Positions 1 to 9,714 of a stretch of DNA of 64,000 nt are shown here, one piece after another (the first letter of the stretch is position 1; every line of letters begins with the position of its first letter). A program made the position numbers and the translations under genes. Location of the stretch: positions 708-64,707 of IMG/VR virus record IMGVR_UViG_3300035698_007626; one strand, given 5' to 3'. This DNA comes from a virus. Its lineage: Duplodnaviria > Caudoviricetes. The notes under the pieces are model-generated. The model was given only the letters and a program-made list of their open reading frames with translations. It was not told the DNA's origin and ran no database searches.

Positions 1-165
1 ATAACGTGGACTTGTGCTTCTGCACAATCTACGTCTTCTGGAAAGTCTCCATCGACAATGCGGACCAGAGCCTCCCGCAGCAGGGCGACGTCGGCCTGCA
101 AGGCCTCAATTCTCGCCTCGGTTGCTTCTCGTAGCCAGCCGGGATCAGTGCACAGTTTCTCTGGA

Positions 166-396
166 TCAGTCGTCTTCTTCACTCCGTTGGAAGCAGTAAT
201 AGTAACTATACAAACAAGCACACAGGAGGAAGCCAGCGACGCTGACTAGAAAACCCAGCACGGTTGCCGCACCCACCTCCATGTCGACGGCCATGTAAAT
301 ATCACGCCAAAAAACCGCCATAAAATAAAGTACCAGCGACCCAACAGCAGGCAAGATTAAAAGTCCTAGAGCTTTTAAGGTGGTTAACATAGCCAA
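166..396 (-). CDS. Hypothetical small membrane protein (two hydrophobic segments)
   Basis: 76-aa ORF with two hydrophobic stretches; GGAG upstream. Confidence 0.5.
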   Translation of the reverse strand: MAMLTTLKALGLLILPAVGSLVLYFMAVFWRDIYMAVDMEVGAATVLGFLVSVAGFLLCACLYSYYYCFQRSEEDD

Positions 397-402
397 GTCT
401 CC

Positions 403-431
403 AAAAAAATGGGGGGCACAAAGGCCCCCCG
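403..431 (-). terminator. Rho-independent terminator downstream of the SSB-like gene
   Basis: GGGGGGC/GCCCCCC stem followed by a T7 tract on the minus strand. Confidence 0.75.
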
Positions 432-452
432 TAAGTTTGATATGGAAGTGTA

Positions 453-893
453 CTAGTTGACTAGCACACGCTTGACGGTGGGGGTGGGCCGGTCACGGTC
501 CTTGCCCTGCATCTCGATCTCAACCTTACCAGTAAAAGTCTTGCCGAGCGCCAGTTCAAAGAGGTCGCGGTACGACACATCCTCTTCGTCAATACCGAGA
601 GCGTCAGTCAGGAAGTGCTTCACAGAGATGTGTGGCACATCATAGCTGAACGACTTCTCAGTCAACCAAAACTCCATGTACAGAGGCTTGGCCAGTTCCA
701 AGTCTTCATCGCTGAGGTCGCTCTCAACAATGGCGTCTGCCCGGATGCTCCACGTGAGCTTGCCGGTCTTGTTCTCACCAACTTCCTCGGTCTTATATCG
801 AGTGATGGTGAACTCGTAAACGCCCGGAGTAAGTGAAACCGGATCGGGGGTTTCGCCGGGAGTCATATCAAGGATCGCATTAAGATCAGCCAT
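453..893 (-). CDS. Putative single-stranded DNA-binding protein (DUF669-like OB fold)
   Basis: Acidic 146-aa protein with PGVYEFTI motif, downstream of a Sak4-like ATPase as is typical; AGGAG RBS. Confidence 0.55.
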   Translation of the reverse strand: MADLNAILDMTPGETPDPVSLTPGVYEFTITRYKTEEVGENKTGKLTWSIRADAIVESDLSDEDLELAKPLYMEFWLTEKSFSYDVPHISVKHFLTDALGIDEEDVSYRDLFELALGKTFTGKVEIEMQGKDRDRPTPTVKRVLVN

Positions 894-927
894 GTAGGCT
901 ACTCTCCTGTTGCAGTTAAGGAGCGGA

Positions 928-1290
928 TTATACCACCCGCTCTACGCCGATGTCAAGGCCCACCACTTCTACGGAGGCAGAAACCGAGACTTCGACACCG
1001 TTGCCCATTATGTCGTCCACATCAATCGTTACAGTATTACCGTTTTTATCGGTGACTGTGACCGGTTCAACGTTAGATTTAAAAAGCCACGGTTCGTAAG
1101 AATACCGCATTGCTAATTCAGCGTTACCATTAGCATCGGCATCCTCTTGTGCCCCGGCCCGCTCTTCATGCCACTTTCGGAAGGCGGCAATGAGCGAGTC
1201 CAAGGCTTCCACGTCGTAATCTTTAGTGGTGATTACTAGTGCATCGCCAATCGAGATTGCTCTCACAGCCTTAGTTGCTAGCTGCTTCAC
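928..1290 (-). CDS. Hypothetical protein
   Basis: 120-aa ORF, GGAGGAG RBS, start overlaps upstream stop. Confidence 0.55.
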   Translation of the reverse strand: MKQLATKAVRAISIGDALVITTKDYDVEALDSLIAAFRKWHEERAGAQEDADANGNAELAMRYSYEPWLFKSNVEPVTVTDKNGNTVTIDVDDIMGNGVEVSVSASVEVVGLDIGVERVV

Positions 1291-2069
1291 TTGGCTCCTC
1301 CTTGTTTCGACTTGGCGCTGGCCTGAATAACCTCGAACAGCTTTGCTAGGTCGGGTTCGACCTCTGACGCAAGAGCGTCGGGTGCTGGGCTTTTCAGGTC
1401 CATGCGAAAGTCGGAAGTGGTGCGGATGACGCGCTTACCGTCTTTACCGGGCTTCACATCCAGACGTGCCACCGTATTAAAGTAGCGCCCTACGTTTGAA
1501 CTAAGGTTCTTAGTCAACGTAAACGGCAGCCCTTTGCCGGCGTTGTCGTCAGATGTATAGAGGATGTGCGCCGTGCACACTACGTTGCACTTCACTTCCT
1601 CGCCGGTTAGGTAATCCAGCACGTACTCCACATTACGCCGCGCCTCACCCCATTCGGGCATAGAGGGCTGCTCTGTAAGCTTCTTGCCGTTAAAGGCAAG
1701 GGCTTGGTGCATCGCGGCGGCTGACATAAATGTCATACTGTCGATAACTAGTACGTCCTTCTCAGTCCAGTCCTTGATCTTTCCGAAATCTTCGGTGTCG
1801 TTCTTCCAGTGCGACAGAAGTCGCAAGGCTTTATGGAACGCTGTTGCATTTGTCAAGTTATCCCGCAAGGTTGCGTAATGAACACGGTCCATTGCGTCGG
1901 CTTCGAGATAGTGACTAAGGATGTCGAGACCGTTATCGAAGTCTAGAATGCGCAGATTGTAGCCTGCGTTGGCCAGCGTAGCAAGGCTGGCAGTTTTACC
2001 GGCGCCGGGGTCGCCCACTAGAAGCATGCGGGTAACACTCGATACCGGGTGGTCTTTGAAAGATGGCAT
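1287..2069 (-). CDS. AAA_24 / Sak4-like recombination ATPase
   Basis: Walker A GDPGAGKT, ILDFDNG, Walker B VLVIDS, VVCTAH. Confidence 0.8.
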   Translation of the reverse strand: MPSFKDHPVSSVTRMLLVGDPGAGKTASLATLANAGYNLRILDFDNGLDILSHYLEADAMDRVHYATLRDNLTNATAFHKALRLLSHWKNDTEDFGKIKDWTEKDVLVIDSMTFMSAAAMHQALAFNGKKLTEQPSMPEWGEARRNVEYVLDYLTGEEVKCNVVCTAHILYTSDDNAGKGLPFTLTKNLSSNVGRYFNTVARLDVKPGKDGKRVIRTTSDFRMDLKSPAPDALASEVEPDLAKLFEVIQASAKSKQGGAK

Positions 2070-2098
2070 ACATACGCCCCTATTTGATTTGAGGACGT

Positions 2099-2127
2099 AT
2101 TATACCAACTCTCAAACTCTATGTCAA
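2099..2127 (-). promoter_or_regulatory. sigma70 promoter
   Basis: TTGACA-N17-TATAAT (perfect consensus) upstream of the Sak4-like gene. Confidence 0.85.
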
Positions 2128-2141
2128 TTGTTTTCTGTTCG

Positions 2142-3005
2142 TCATTCGTCGGGGTCGTCAGGTATCCACGCAACCGCATCATCTTCATAAGGAGAAGAAG
2201 CAGTAATTTCAAGAACCTGCCTAGTACGTGCGCTCAACGATCCTCCGACCCTCGGCTGCAAGGTTCTGGCGCCTTCGCCAGCACTGGGCAGGTTGGGGCC
2301 TCGGGACACCACATCCTGCGCCGGGGACGCTAGCCGCCGCCCTTGGAAAATACTATCCGGGTGGGCCGGAGAGATCCGCTCAGTCACATATCTGTCTGGC
2401 AGGCTTTCTCCACCCCGCGTCATGATGGTGTCTGCAATAGCCAATTGCTCCGAGATGCTTACTGCTGCCTGCATCGCACTTCCCTCTCCGTCTCTTGCAC
2501 CTTCTTGCGCTGTTACGTCAAACATCCGACTGCGTGCAGACATTAGAAGACGGGGCGCATTAGTTTCACGCAAGGCTCTAAGAACATTAAGTGAATCGTA
2601 CTGCCTAAGCTCTACTACGTTATAGCGCCACTGTGGATTAAAGAAAATGTCAACATACCGCACGTCCTCGGTTCTTTGTAAGAAGGTGTGCATTGCTTTT
2701 ACCCAGCGCCGCCACGAAGGAGGGCACTCATCTGACCAACTATGCGCCCTATCCCACACGCAATATGCCGCCAGATATGCCATGAACGAACCTGTCCACC
2801 CATTGGCTAAAGACATCTCATGGTTAAAGGGTGTAAAATCCGTCACCCAATTGATTAACTCGCATGCCTGTCCATCATCATAATCTCCGAACCTCGGGCT
2901 CCGAACTTCGCCTTCCTCCTCAGGATCAAATGTATTGATGGTCCGGGTACCTTGAGTGTCACTTATCTCCGGGGTCGGTGGGATTGGGGGGCGGGTCCGC
3001 GGCAT
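2142..3005 (-). CDS. Hypothetical protein (start uncertain)
   Basis: 287-aa ORF co-oriented in the operon; no recognisable motif. Confidence 0.5.
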   Translation of the reverse strand: MPRTRPPIPPTPEISDTQGTRTINTFDPEEEGEVRSPRFGDYDDGQACELINWVTDFTPFNHEMSLANGWTGSFMAYLAAYCVWDRAHSWSDECPPSWRRWVKAMHTFLQRTEDVRYVDIFFNPQWRYNVVELRQYDSLNVLRALRETNAPRLLMSARSRMFDVTAQEGARDGEGSAMQAAVSISEQLAIADTIMTRGGESLPDRYVTERISPAHPDSIFQGRRLASPAQDVVSRGPNLPSAGEGARTLQPRVGGSLSARTRQVLEITASSPYEDDAVAWIPDDPDE

Positions 3006-3906
3006 CTGCTGTCTCCAAAGTTGCGTGTTGCTTAATAGAAAAATCTCGATCTAACCAATAGCTGCGCCGACTAGGTGCCAGTGCGCAAATCTGCTGAAAC
3101 TGGCAGCCGCCGTAAGAGCCACAACTATTATAATTATGAGGCCAGTGGTCTGCCTTGGCGCACTGGTCTGCCCAATCAAGGAACATCTTAGCATCGCTGA
3201 GCCATTCCTCAATACGCGGTTCGTCTACATTAAATAGGCGGCGCACAAAGCGGGTGTAGTTGACGCCGGTGCTGATACCCTCAATCAAGACACCCTTAAC
3301 CGGCATCCCGATGATGTGGCGGGTCGCCCAAGTATAGGCAGCAATCTGCACATCAGGCTCGTAGTAGGACCAATACCGGTCATTGAGTGCCGACTTGGTA
3401 GTCTTGGTGTCCACCACGTACAAATCTTTATTGTATATAGCGAGCTTATCAATGCGCCCACTGAACCGCCAGTCCGTGCCAGGGAACGGGCACTCAAAGC
3501 GCGCCTCCAAGGCGGGCGTCCCATCTGGCAGGCTGGCCACCTCTATAGTGTCATAGTTGTATTCCTCGCAGCGCCAGATCAGGGCGCGCAGGGCGGTCTG
3601 CAAGTTGCGAGCGTTGTCGGTGCTAGCGTTCAGCGTTTCGCCGTATTCAAGACAGACGGCCCGGCACGCATCCCGCAGCGCAATCTCTTTATCAATGCCC
3701 GCGTGCGCGGCACCATCTAAAATCTCGCAGCCGTGATGCACAGCGGTGCCCCAGTAGGTGGCGGGGCTGCGCACATTACTACGGTACCCCAGCAAATTCT
3801 CCAGCTGGTACTTCTGGGGGCACGCCATAAAGGTTTTAAGAGAGGAGGCGTCCCAGACTTGCTGGGCACCCTCCACATATTTATCAAATATGAACTCACT
3901 CATCAA
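2959..3906 (-). CDS. PD-(D/E)XK exonuclease, Cas4/RecB-like
   Basis: SSLKTFMACPQKY, GTAVH, GRIDKL...VVDTKT, QIAAY, C-terminal Cys cluster (C...C...C). Confidence 0.85.
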   Translation of the reverse strand: MMSEFIFDKYVEGAQQVWDASSLKTFMACPQKYQLENLLGYRSNVRSPATYWGTAVHHGCEILDGAAHAGIDKEIALRDACRAVCLEYGETLNASTDNARNLQTALRALIWRCEEYNYDTIEVASLPDGTPALEARFECPFPGTDWRFSGRIDKLAIYNKDLYVVDTKTTKSALNDRYWSYYEPDVQIAAYTWATRHIIGMPVKGVLIEGISTGVNYTRFVRRLFNVDEPRIEEWLSDAKMFLDWADQCAKADHWPHNYNSCGSYGGCQFQQICALAPSRRSYWLDRDFSIKQHATLETADAADPPPNPTDPGDK

Positions 3907-4178
3907 GTGCTACCCAGCGTCTGGTCCAAGATGTTCGCCACATTCTTAGGCGGCTTCTTAGCGGTCTTGCCTGTCACTCGTTCTCCCTTGCGCTCAGCCT
4001 CACGAACGGCTAGCCGGGCGGCCCGCTGGGCCTCAACAATCACATCCAGCAACTTATCATCGCCGGCGATATCCTCAGGCGTGTACTTATCAAAGATTTC
4101 TTGCGCCCGCACAATCAACGGCGTCTCCTTCGGCTCTTCCTTAGTGGCCTTAGTTTCCTTGGTCATCCGCTCCCCCAT
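3903..4178 (-). CDS. Hypothetical protein
   Basis: Translationally coupled ORF; helical, charged. Confidence 0.55.
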   Translation of the reverse strand: MGERMTKETKATKEEPKETPLIVRAQEIFDKYTPEDIAGDDKLLDVIVEAQRAARLAVREAERKGERVTGKTAKKPPKNVANILDQTLGST

Positions 4179-4465
4179 TAGTTAAGTGAATCCGGCGCGT
4201 TGTGGACGGTGCCGGCGGTAGCTTCCTGCTCCGAGGGCATCACGATAGCCTGCGCCGCCTCCAACATCATACCCACTGTGATATTATTTCCGATGTTAGT
4301 GCAGCCGATGGTGGCAAACACTTCAAGGAAAGCGGCAGCAACCGACCAAGGGTTGCGCTCCTTATCTACACACTGGGTATTGTAGAACTCTAAGAGTTGT
4401 TCGTGGACCTCGACGCGATCCTGCTCTGCTTCATTGATTGCATTTTTGATTGTTTCTTTATCCAT
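4178..4465 (-). CDS. Hypothetical protein
   Basis: 95-aa ORF coupled to the downstream gene. Confidence 0.55.
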   Translation of the reverse strand: MDKETIKNAINEAEQDRVEVHEQLLEFYNTQCVDKERNPWSVAAAFLEVFATIGCTNIGNNITVGMMLEAAQAIVMPSEQEATAGTVHNAPDSLN

Positions 4466-4534
4466 GATTATTAACTAACCCCACATGATACTAATAGTGA
4501 AATGAATATAACGATATAAATATATCCAATGTAA

Positions 4535-4900
4535 TTAAATATCAAAACTACCTTCGGCCTGCTGGTCGTTTACTTCTGTGCCCGTATCCTTGTCCAGAAT
4601 ACGCAGCTTACTGGCAGGCGTCTCTGTGACGGACACCCCCCACTCCCCGTTAACCTCCTCTGCTACGAACTTAAGGTATGAAAACTTAGAGCTACTCACA
4701 AGCTCCGAGTTAACATGTTGAATTTCATAAGCTTTTCGGTATCGCTGTAGTTTAAACTTCAACGACTGCGCCTCTTTCTCGCAGACGCAGGGCACGAAAA
4801 TAGCCCCGTGACCTTCGTCACTTCGACGGATGGCAGTCTCTAAAATCCCCAGCAAATGCGGATGATCCGCCAACCGGTAGCTCTCTGGTTTAAATGGCAA
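4535..4900 (-). CDS. Hypothetical protein
   Basis: 121-aa ORF, AAGGAG RBS before a TTG start. Confidence 0.55.
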   Translation of the reverse strand: MPFKPESYRLADHPHLLGILETAIRRSDEGHGAIFVPCVCEKEAQSLKFKLQRYRKAYEIQHVNSELVSSSKFSYLKFVAEEVNGEWGVSVTETPASKLRILDKDTGTEVNDQQAEGSFDI

Positions 4901-5083
4901 ACCCTACTCCTTTAGTTACTCCCACCGTCCCCCACGTACATCTTGGTGTGTCTCATGATCTCTTCGGCGTCCAACATATCCCAGCCCGCATCCAGTAAAT
5001 CTTCCCGAAACTGGTACTCTTCAAGATCTCCTGAACTAAATAGCGCAACTGCGCGCACCATATTCAAAGTTTTAATGTCCGGC

Positions 5084-5112
5084 ATTGTACCCCACTTTCA
5101 GGCGTTTGTCAA
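5084..5112 (-). promoter_or_regulatory. sigma70 promoter
   Basis: TTGACA-N17-TACAAT. Confidence 0.75.
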
Positions 5113-5515
5113 ACTATTTCAAGGCTCCGCAAGGTAGCGCCGTAGCACCAGCACGTCGCCCACAAGCACTTCAGTATATGTCGTGCTGTCGTAGAGATTT
5201 GTGCCACAACTCAGCGCCCACACCTTGAAGTGATAATCATACATCGACGACGAGCGTCCGAACAGTAGGCAACAACGCCGCACAATCTTAGTCAGCAGAT
5301 TCAACATCACTTCCTCCATGATTATTTACCGTAGCGCCGGGCGCGCTTACGCATAGCTCTCCAAACCTTAGCTTCCCCCTCTGTCATACCCTCCCTTAAG
5401 TGCGGAGGCAGGCCGGGAAACTCTTCAAAAGATGGGCACTTACTTTCTTTCTTAAGCGGGCGCTTAAATAAGATCATAAGGTCGCAGAGTTTTCTTAACA
5501 TACTCAAGTTCCCTC

Positions 5516-6277
5516 TCAAACTCGGTGAATGAAGTTGACGTAGTCGTCAAGTGTTGTACCCTCAAGGCCGCACGCCGTATTAACTTCCAATACATACGCA
5601 CCGTCGCGTTTCTCAAGCACGTCCACGGCCCCGAAATCCAAGCCCAACGCCGCAACAGCCTGCTGCGCAACCTCCCCAACGTGAGGGGGGAGCGCGATGC
5701 CCTGCCTAGCGAAGATCCAGCCGTTGTCGTGGTTGCGGATGCGCCAGTTCACGTCCTCGTCGGCCACCCTATAGGTGCGGCGCTTCATGGCGCTGCTGAA
5801 AACTTCCCCCCTCGTGCAGTGCACCCGGTACTCGGCGCGCTTCTTGAGCAGCTTGGTATATAACGGGGCGGCGGGTAGATCATCACCCGGATCGGTGATT
5901 ATGATCCCCCGTCCGCCCGAAGCGCGCGTCAGCGTACGACATACAACCGACTTGCCATCAGCTAACCACTGACGGGCGAGCGTCGGGTCCGTGGTAAACG
6001 GGACAGCCCTCACTTCTGCCTCGTCAAACGCACGGAACGCGCTCAGCTTATCGGATGCCGCAGCGACGGCGCTCGGGGGGTTCAAAAGCACAGCACCGGT
6101 TTCTCGCATGCGATTAAACCAGCTGGCTTCTCCACTGAACCCCCAATTAATAATGACGTGGTCCCCCCTCGGGCGATAGCGTCGGCGCGGGTACACGCAG
6201 AAGCCCCCAAGAGTGCGCCCCAGCAGGCGGGCCGACCGTGACCCCATCTTATAAGGTAGTACCCTGTACTTAGTCAT
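5516..6277 (-). CDS. ATP-grasp peptide/amide ligase (phiEco32/LUZ24-type)
   Basis: INWG, LNPP..V..ASDKL, GGRGI, EYRVH, IRNHDNGW, LGLDFGAVD, VLEVNTACGL; start at MTKYRVLPY (AAGGAGG RBS). Confidence 0.9.
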   Translation of the reverse strand: MTKYRVLPYKMGSRSARLLGRTLGGFCVYPRRRYRPRGDHVIINWGFSGEASWFNRMRETGAVLLNPPSAVAAASDKLSAFRAFDEAEVRAVPFTTDPTLARQWLADGKSVVCRTLTRASGGRGIIITDPGDDLPAAPLYTKLLKKRAEYRVHCTRGEVFSSAMKRRTYRVADEDVNWRIRNHDNGWIFARQGIALPPHVGEVAQQAVAALGLDFGAVDVLEKRDGAYVLEVNTACGLEGTTLDDYVNFIHRV

Positions 6278-6545
6278 CAATAATATCCTCCTTGGGATGG
6301 TAATCAATTTGGCGAGGTGGTCCTAGCGTGTCAGCAAGTTTGGAGTTTCCAAACATACGCATGTCCTCTAAAGTCTCTTCACTCAGCACCCCCTCGCGGT
6401 CACCGAACAACTTACTAAAGTCTTTCAAATAGCGGGCGGCGCGGTTGCGCTCAGCCTCCAGATCCTCATAACATTTTTCCATCTGGCTGCGCAAGTCCTC
6501 GATCCTTGAATACATTTCCTTTTCGTACTCAATCGGTAAGGACAT
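6270..6545 (-). CDS. Hypothetical coiled-coil protein
   Basis: 91-aa ORF overlapping both neighbours. Confidence 0.5.
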   Translation of the reverse strand: MSLPIEYEKEMYSRIEDLRSQMEKCYEDLEAERNRAARYLKDFSKLFGDREGVLSEETLEDMRMFGNSKLADTLGPPRQIDYHPKEDIIDD

Positions 6546-6975
6546 TCCAAGTCTCCCATCGTTCTTTCATTTGTTGGATCTTTTCCTCAGGGCACCCGTG
6601 CGCCCCTCGAAGGTAGCATTCACGAACGTCCCACGACCACCAATTAGAGGGCATCACCTCACGAACAGGCACCCCCAGCCCAGAGGCTATGTTGCGCACG
6701 GCCCCCCACTCAGCCCGGCGGCTGTGGGTGTTGTCCACAATAATGCTGACGCCAGCCTCAAGGCACCGGCGCGCCGCCTTACGCACGGCCCTGTGGGCGG
6801 GCTTCAGCTGTGTAAAGTCGAACAGGTATTCAGAGGTGGCTGTGTCAATGAACCAGTCGTCCGCTGACAGGATCACGTACTGTTCCGCCACCTCGCGGCC
6901 CGTCTGCTGAAGCCGCCGCGCCTTATGTGATTTGCCGGAGCCGGGCAGGCCCCGCATGATAATGCACTCAGTCAT
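6529..6975 (-). CDS. AAA_33-type P-loop kinase (polynucleotide kinase / N4BP2-like)
   Basis: IMRGLPGSGKS, SADDWF, IIVDNT, HGCP..KI..MKERW; AGGAG RBS before ATG at 6975. Confidence 0.85.
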   Translation of the reverse strand: MTECIIMRGLPGSGKSHKARRLQQTGREVAEQYVILSADDWFIDTATSEYLFDFTQLKPAHRAVRKAARRCLEAGVSIIVDNTHSRRAEWGAVRNIASGLGVPVREVMPSNWWSWDVRECYLRGAHGCPEEKIQQMKERWETWNVLTD

Positions 6976-6989
6976 CGCTTGATCTCCTG

Positions 6990-7181
6990 TTACCGATAGA
7001 GCACCGTATAATCCCGATTGCACCGATTGGAGCGGGGGCCGGGAACCGCCTGCTTCCCCCTCATTTGTAAGCTATTGTTATTATTATATATTTTTTTTAT
7101 ATAAGGTTTATTATTAGAGAACCGCTTTCTGGACCACCCGCCAATCGGTGCTATCGGTAATATACGGTGCCCAATCGGTAA
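6990..7181. repeat. Imperfect ~41-bp inverted repeat of ACCGAT-like iterons flanking an AT-rich core; candidate replication origin
   Basis: Left arm 6990-7030 matches the reverse complement of 7141-7181; core ~7065-7120 is nearly all A/T. Confidence 0.7.
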
Positions 7182-7236
7182 ACGCCCCCGCTATGCTAAA
7201 GCCTCCAGCGCCGCAATACTCCCATGTCTAGGGTAT

Positions 7237-8001
7237 TTAGTCACGCACAGTCCGCCCCTTCGCAGCGCACAAAGCAGTATCAAGCGCGTGCTTCTCGCTA
7301 AATACCTGCTGCCGCGCCCAATACGTATAAGTTTCTTCCGCAGACACCAAGGTTGACGGTAGATGCACAACACCGTAAGCTTGCAGCGCCTGCCTGCTGT
7401 CGAAAGGAACTCGCACAATTGGAACGCGCACTTGCGGAGTCTCGCTGTAAGCCGTAAACCACAGCCCGTCGGAATTGTCGTCCTTTAAAACCTTAGGCCA
7501 AAGTCTTATCAAACTTTTATTAAAGTGATTATAACCGCAACAGGCGCGCCCTAGCATGTTGATGTATGATGTGGATGTCTCTGGAGCCGTTCGCAGAGAA
7601 GGCTGAGTATCCATGTGTGGTACAAGGTTGTCCTCTGAGGCAACTTCCCTGACTGGTTGCAGGTTCTTGTTAAACTGAGCCAAGTGGGGGCGCAGCAAAA
7701 GAATGCGTTCCGCCCTCGTGCTAGGGGAGCGTGGCTTGGTGTCAATTACTCCCTGCTCAAAGCTTGCCTCGATTAAAGCGCGCTCCAAAGAACTTAATAG
7801 GCTGATCTCATCTCCAGATACGGCCCAACCATATCTCGGGTGCCTGTAACAATGCGCATTGGTTACATACAGAGCGCCCTCATCGACACCCGTTATATTG
7901 TCGGTTTCATAGTCGTACACGACGCTCCTTGCAACGTTCAACTGTGTATAGAGAAGTTTACCGTTGTTCCTAGTGGGGCGTAGTACAGCCCATTTACTCA
8001 T
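7237..8001 (-). CDS. Hypothetical protein, paralog A of a tandem family
   Basis: Shares LYV.NA.CY.H...GWAV.G, RPHLA.FNK.L.PV, YIN..GR, LWP and R.AL.A.G with 7998-8753. Confidence 0.7.
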   Translation of the reverse strand: MSKWAVLRPTRNNGKLLYTQLNVARSVVYDYETDNITGVDEGALYVTNAHCYRHPRYGWAVSGDEISLLSSLERALIEASFEQGVIDTKPRSPSTRAERILLLRPHLAQFNKNLQPVREVASEDNLVPHMDTQPSLRTAPETSTSYINMLGRACCGYNHFNKSLIRLWPKVLKDDNSDGLWFTAYSETPQVRVPIVRVPFDSRQALQAYGVVHLPSTLVSAEETYTYWARQQVFSEKHALDTALCAAKGRTVRD

Positions 8002-8753
8002 GACGCGTATCCTTCTTTAACTTTCTTTAAGACATCGGCCAACAGTCCGTCGTAAGGTGCGGTCTGCTCATCGGCCCAATCAACATATCGTTGGCCATTC
8101 GGCAAGTCTAAACCCTGGGAGGTAAAGTCCACCGCACCGAAGGCTCGTAAAGCCTTGCGTCCATTGGAAGGAATTTTCACAATAATCGCCCGCCGCTGCT
8201 TATAAAAATTATGCTGAAGAAACCACGAATCCCGCTGCGACATGCGCCGCTGCAGCCGCGGCCACAGGTCGGACATTTCTAGTATGGTATGCCCCCTAAC
8301 ATCGCGCCCGGCGCTGTTAATATACTTACTTCCCACTTCTATTGTGTTGGGGGGTACGTCTAACACGCTAGGTGAGACATCAATATAGGCCTTAAGATTA
8401 AACTGTGTGTTGTGAGGCTTAACGGGACGTAAGTACTTATTGAAGAGAGCTAGGTGGGGACGTTTTGCGTGTAAAGGGTCTACGGCTGAAGGTCGCCGCT
8501 TAATATGGTTTAAGCGCCCTTTGATAAAACGTACCCCACGTAAATGGTTTAGCAAGTTGTGCCAGTCATGCACCGATTTTCCACCTACGGCCCAGCCAAG
8601 GTCTTTGTGCCAGTAGCAGTACGCATTGAACACATACAAATCGCGGCCTTCCTCATGCGGTGGGTAGTTACATACCTGATCGGGCCTATCTTCTCTTACT
8701 ATGTACAGCTTATTTCTGTTACGGTAAGGCCTTATAACAAAGATATCAGACAT
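7998..8753 (-). CDS. Hypothetical protein, paralog B of a tandem family
   Basis: Motif-by-motif similarity to 7237-8001; translationally coupled. Confidence 0.7.
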   Translation of the reverse strand: MSDIFVIRPYRNRNKLYIVREDRPDQVCNYPPHEEGRDLYVFNAYCYWHKDLGWAVGGKSVHDWHNLLNHLRGVRFIKGRLNHIKRRPSAVDPLHAKRPHLALFNKYLRPVKPHNTQFNLKAYIDVSPSVLDVPPNTIEVGSKYINSAGRDVRGHTILEMSDLWPRLQRRMSQRDSWFLQHNFYKQRRAIIVKIPSNGRKALRAFGAVDFTSQGLDLPNGQRYVDWADEQTAPYDGLLADVLKKVKEGYAS

Positions 8754-9714
8754 AAGGGGCCTCCACTATAAAACGATTGACTGGTATATGCTCGGCGTCG
8801 AGGGCGTAGACGTGCGGGTTCACTACAGAGCGGAGGTTCGGCAACGCATAAAGGTACTTGGCTCTGCGCAGCGCATGCTGATCTGTCAGCCACGTATTTG
8901 CCGCCTCCTTAGCTTCGCGGACTCTACGGGAAGCCTCCAAGGCCGTGATATAATCGATAATCACAGGCTCATATAATTCACACAACTCCAGCGGCGATTT
9001 CCCGTTAGGTAAGTGCTTGACGATACGCGAGGGCACAATAAAGGCAGACACTCCAAGCGCACCCTCATTGTCCAGTGTAGAGGTGACTATACAAGGATTC
9101 GAGTTGGAAAAGCGCGACACTATTTCAGGGAAAGTTTCCAACACATCATCCCAAAAATCGTACTCAACTTCAGACAGCTCCATGTTAAGTTGCCTCCATG
9201 CGCTGAAACAGTTTTGATGGTGGGGGCCCTCCGTCGGCACGAGGCTCACCCCGTATTTACAAATATAGCGTGTGCTTATGCTCGCCAATTTGGAAAGTTC
9301 CGGCGGCAGAGATTCTCCGTCAGGCCCTGCGGGTTCCTCAACATCGAAACCCTTGGCCTTGAGTCCTGCGGTAAGCGTGCCTGAAAACGCTGCAAGATGG
9401 CGGCGCTTTCTCAGCAACTCTACCGCCCTCGGTTCGTGAGGGTTCTCGATGTCAATACCCAACTCATCAAACACGCCCCGCAGCGCGTCCAAGCTGGGCT
9501 TGTGCCCTAGTGCCACAAGTTCCCCCTGAATAACGCCGCCAGCGTTGCGCATTTGTCGTTGCCGCTGCCCAGAGAAAGGCAAGCGGGAAGCACTGGGCTT
9601 ATAAGAGAATTCTGCGTTTTTGATAAGATAAGGGACGCGTGCGCCGAAGGAATAGTCGTACCCCTCCACGAAAATGGAAGGCGATGAACTGAGTTCGTGA
9701 ATAAGTTTAACCAT
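8746..9714 (-). CDS. Hypothetical protein, possible distant paralog C
   Basis: YLIKNA, RHLAAF, RYICKYG and IVKHLPNG..L echo the motifs of paralogs A/B in the same order. Confidence 0.6.
   Translation of the reverse strand: MVKLIHELSSSPSIFVEGYDYSFGARVPYLIKNAEFSYKPSASRLPFSGQRQRQMRNAGGVIQGELVALGHKPSLDALRGVFDELGIDIENPHEPRAVELLRKRRHLAAFSGTLTAGLKAKGFDVEEPAGPDGESLPPELSKLASISTRYICKYGVSLVPTEGPHHQNCFSAWRQLNMELSEVEYDFWDDVLETFPEIVSRFSNSNPCIVTSTLDNEGALGVSAFIVPSRIVKHLPNGKSPLELCELYEPVIIDYITALEASRRVREAKEAANTWLTDQHALRRAKYLYALPNLRSVVNPHVYALDAEHIPVNRFIVEAPYV

Noticed and set aside
2959-3906. Cas4-like nuclease as evidence of a CRISPR-Cas system
   Set aside because: No array or other cas genes; it sits in a standard Sak4/SSB recombination module.
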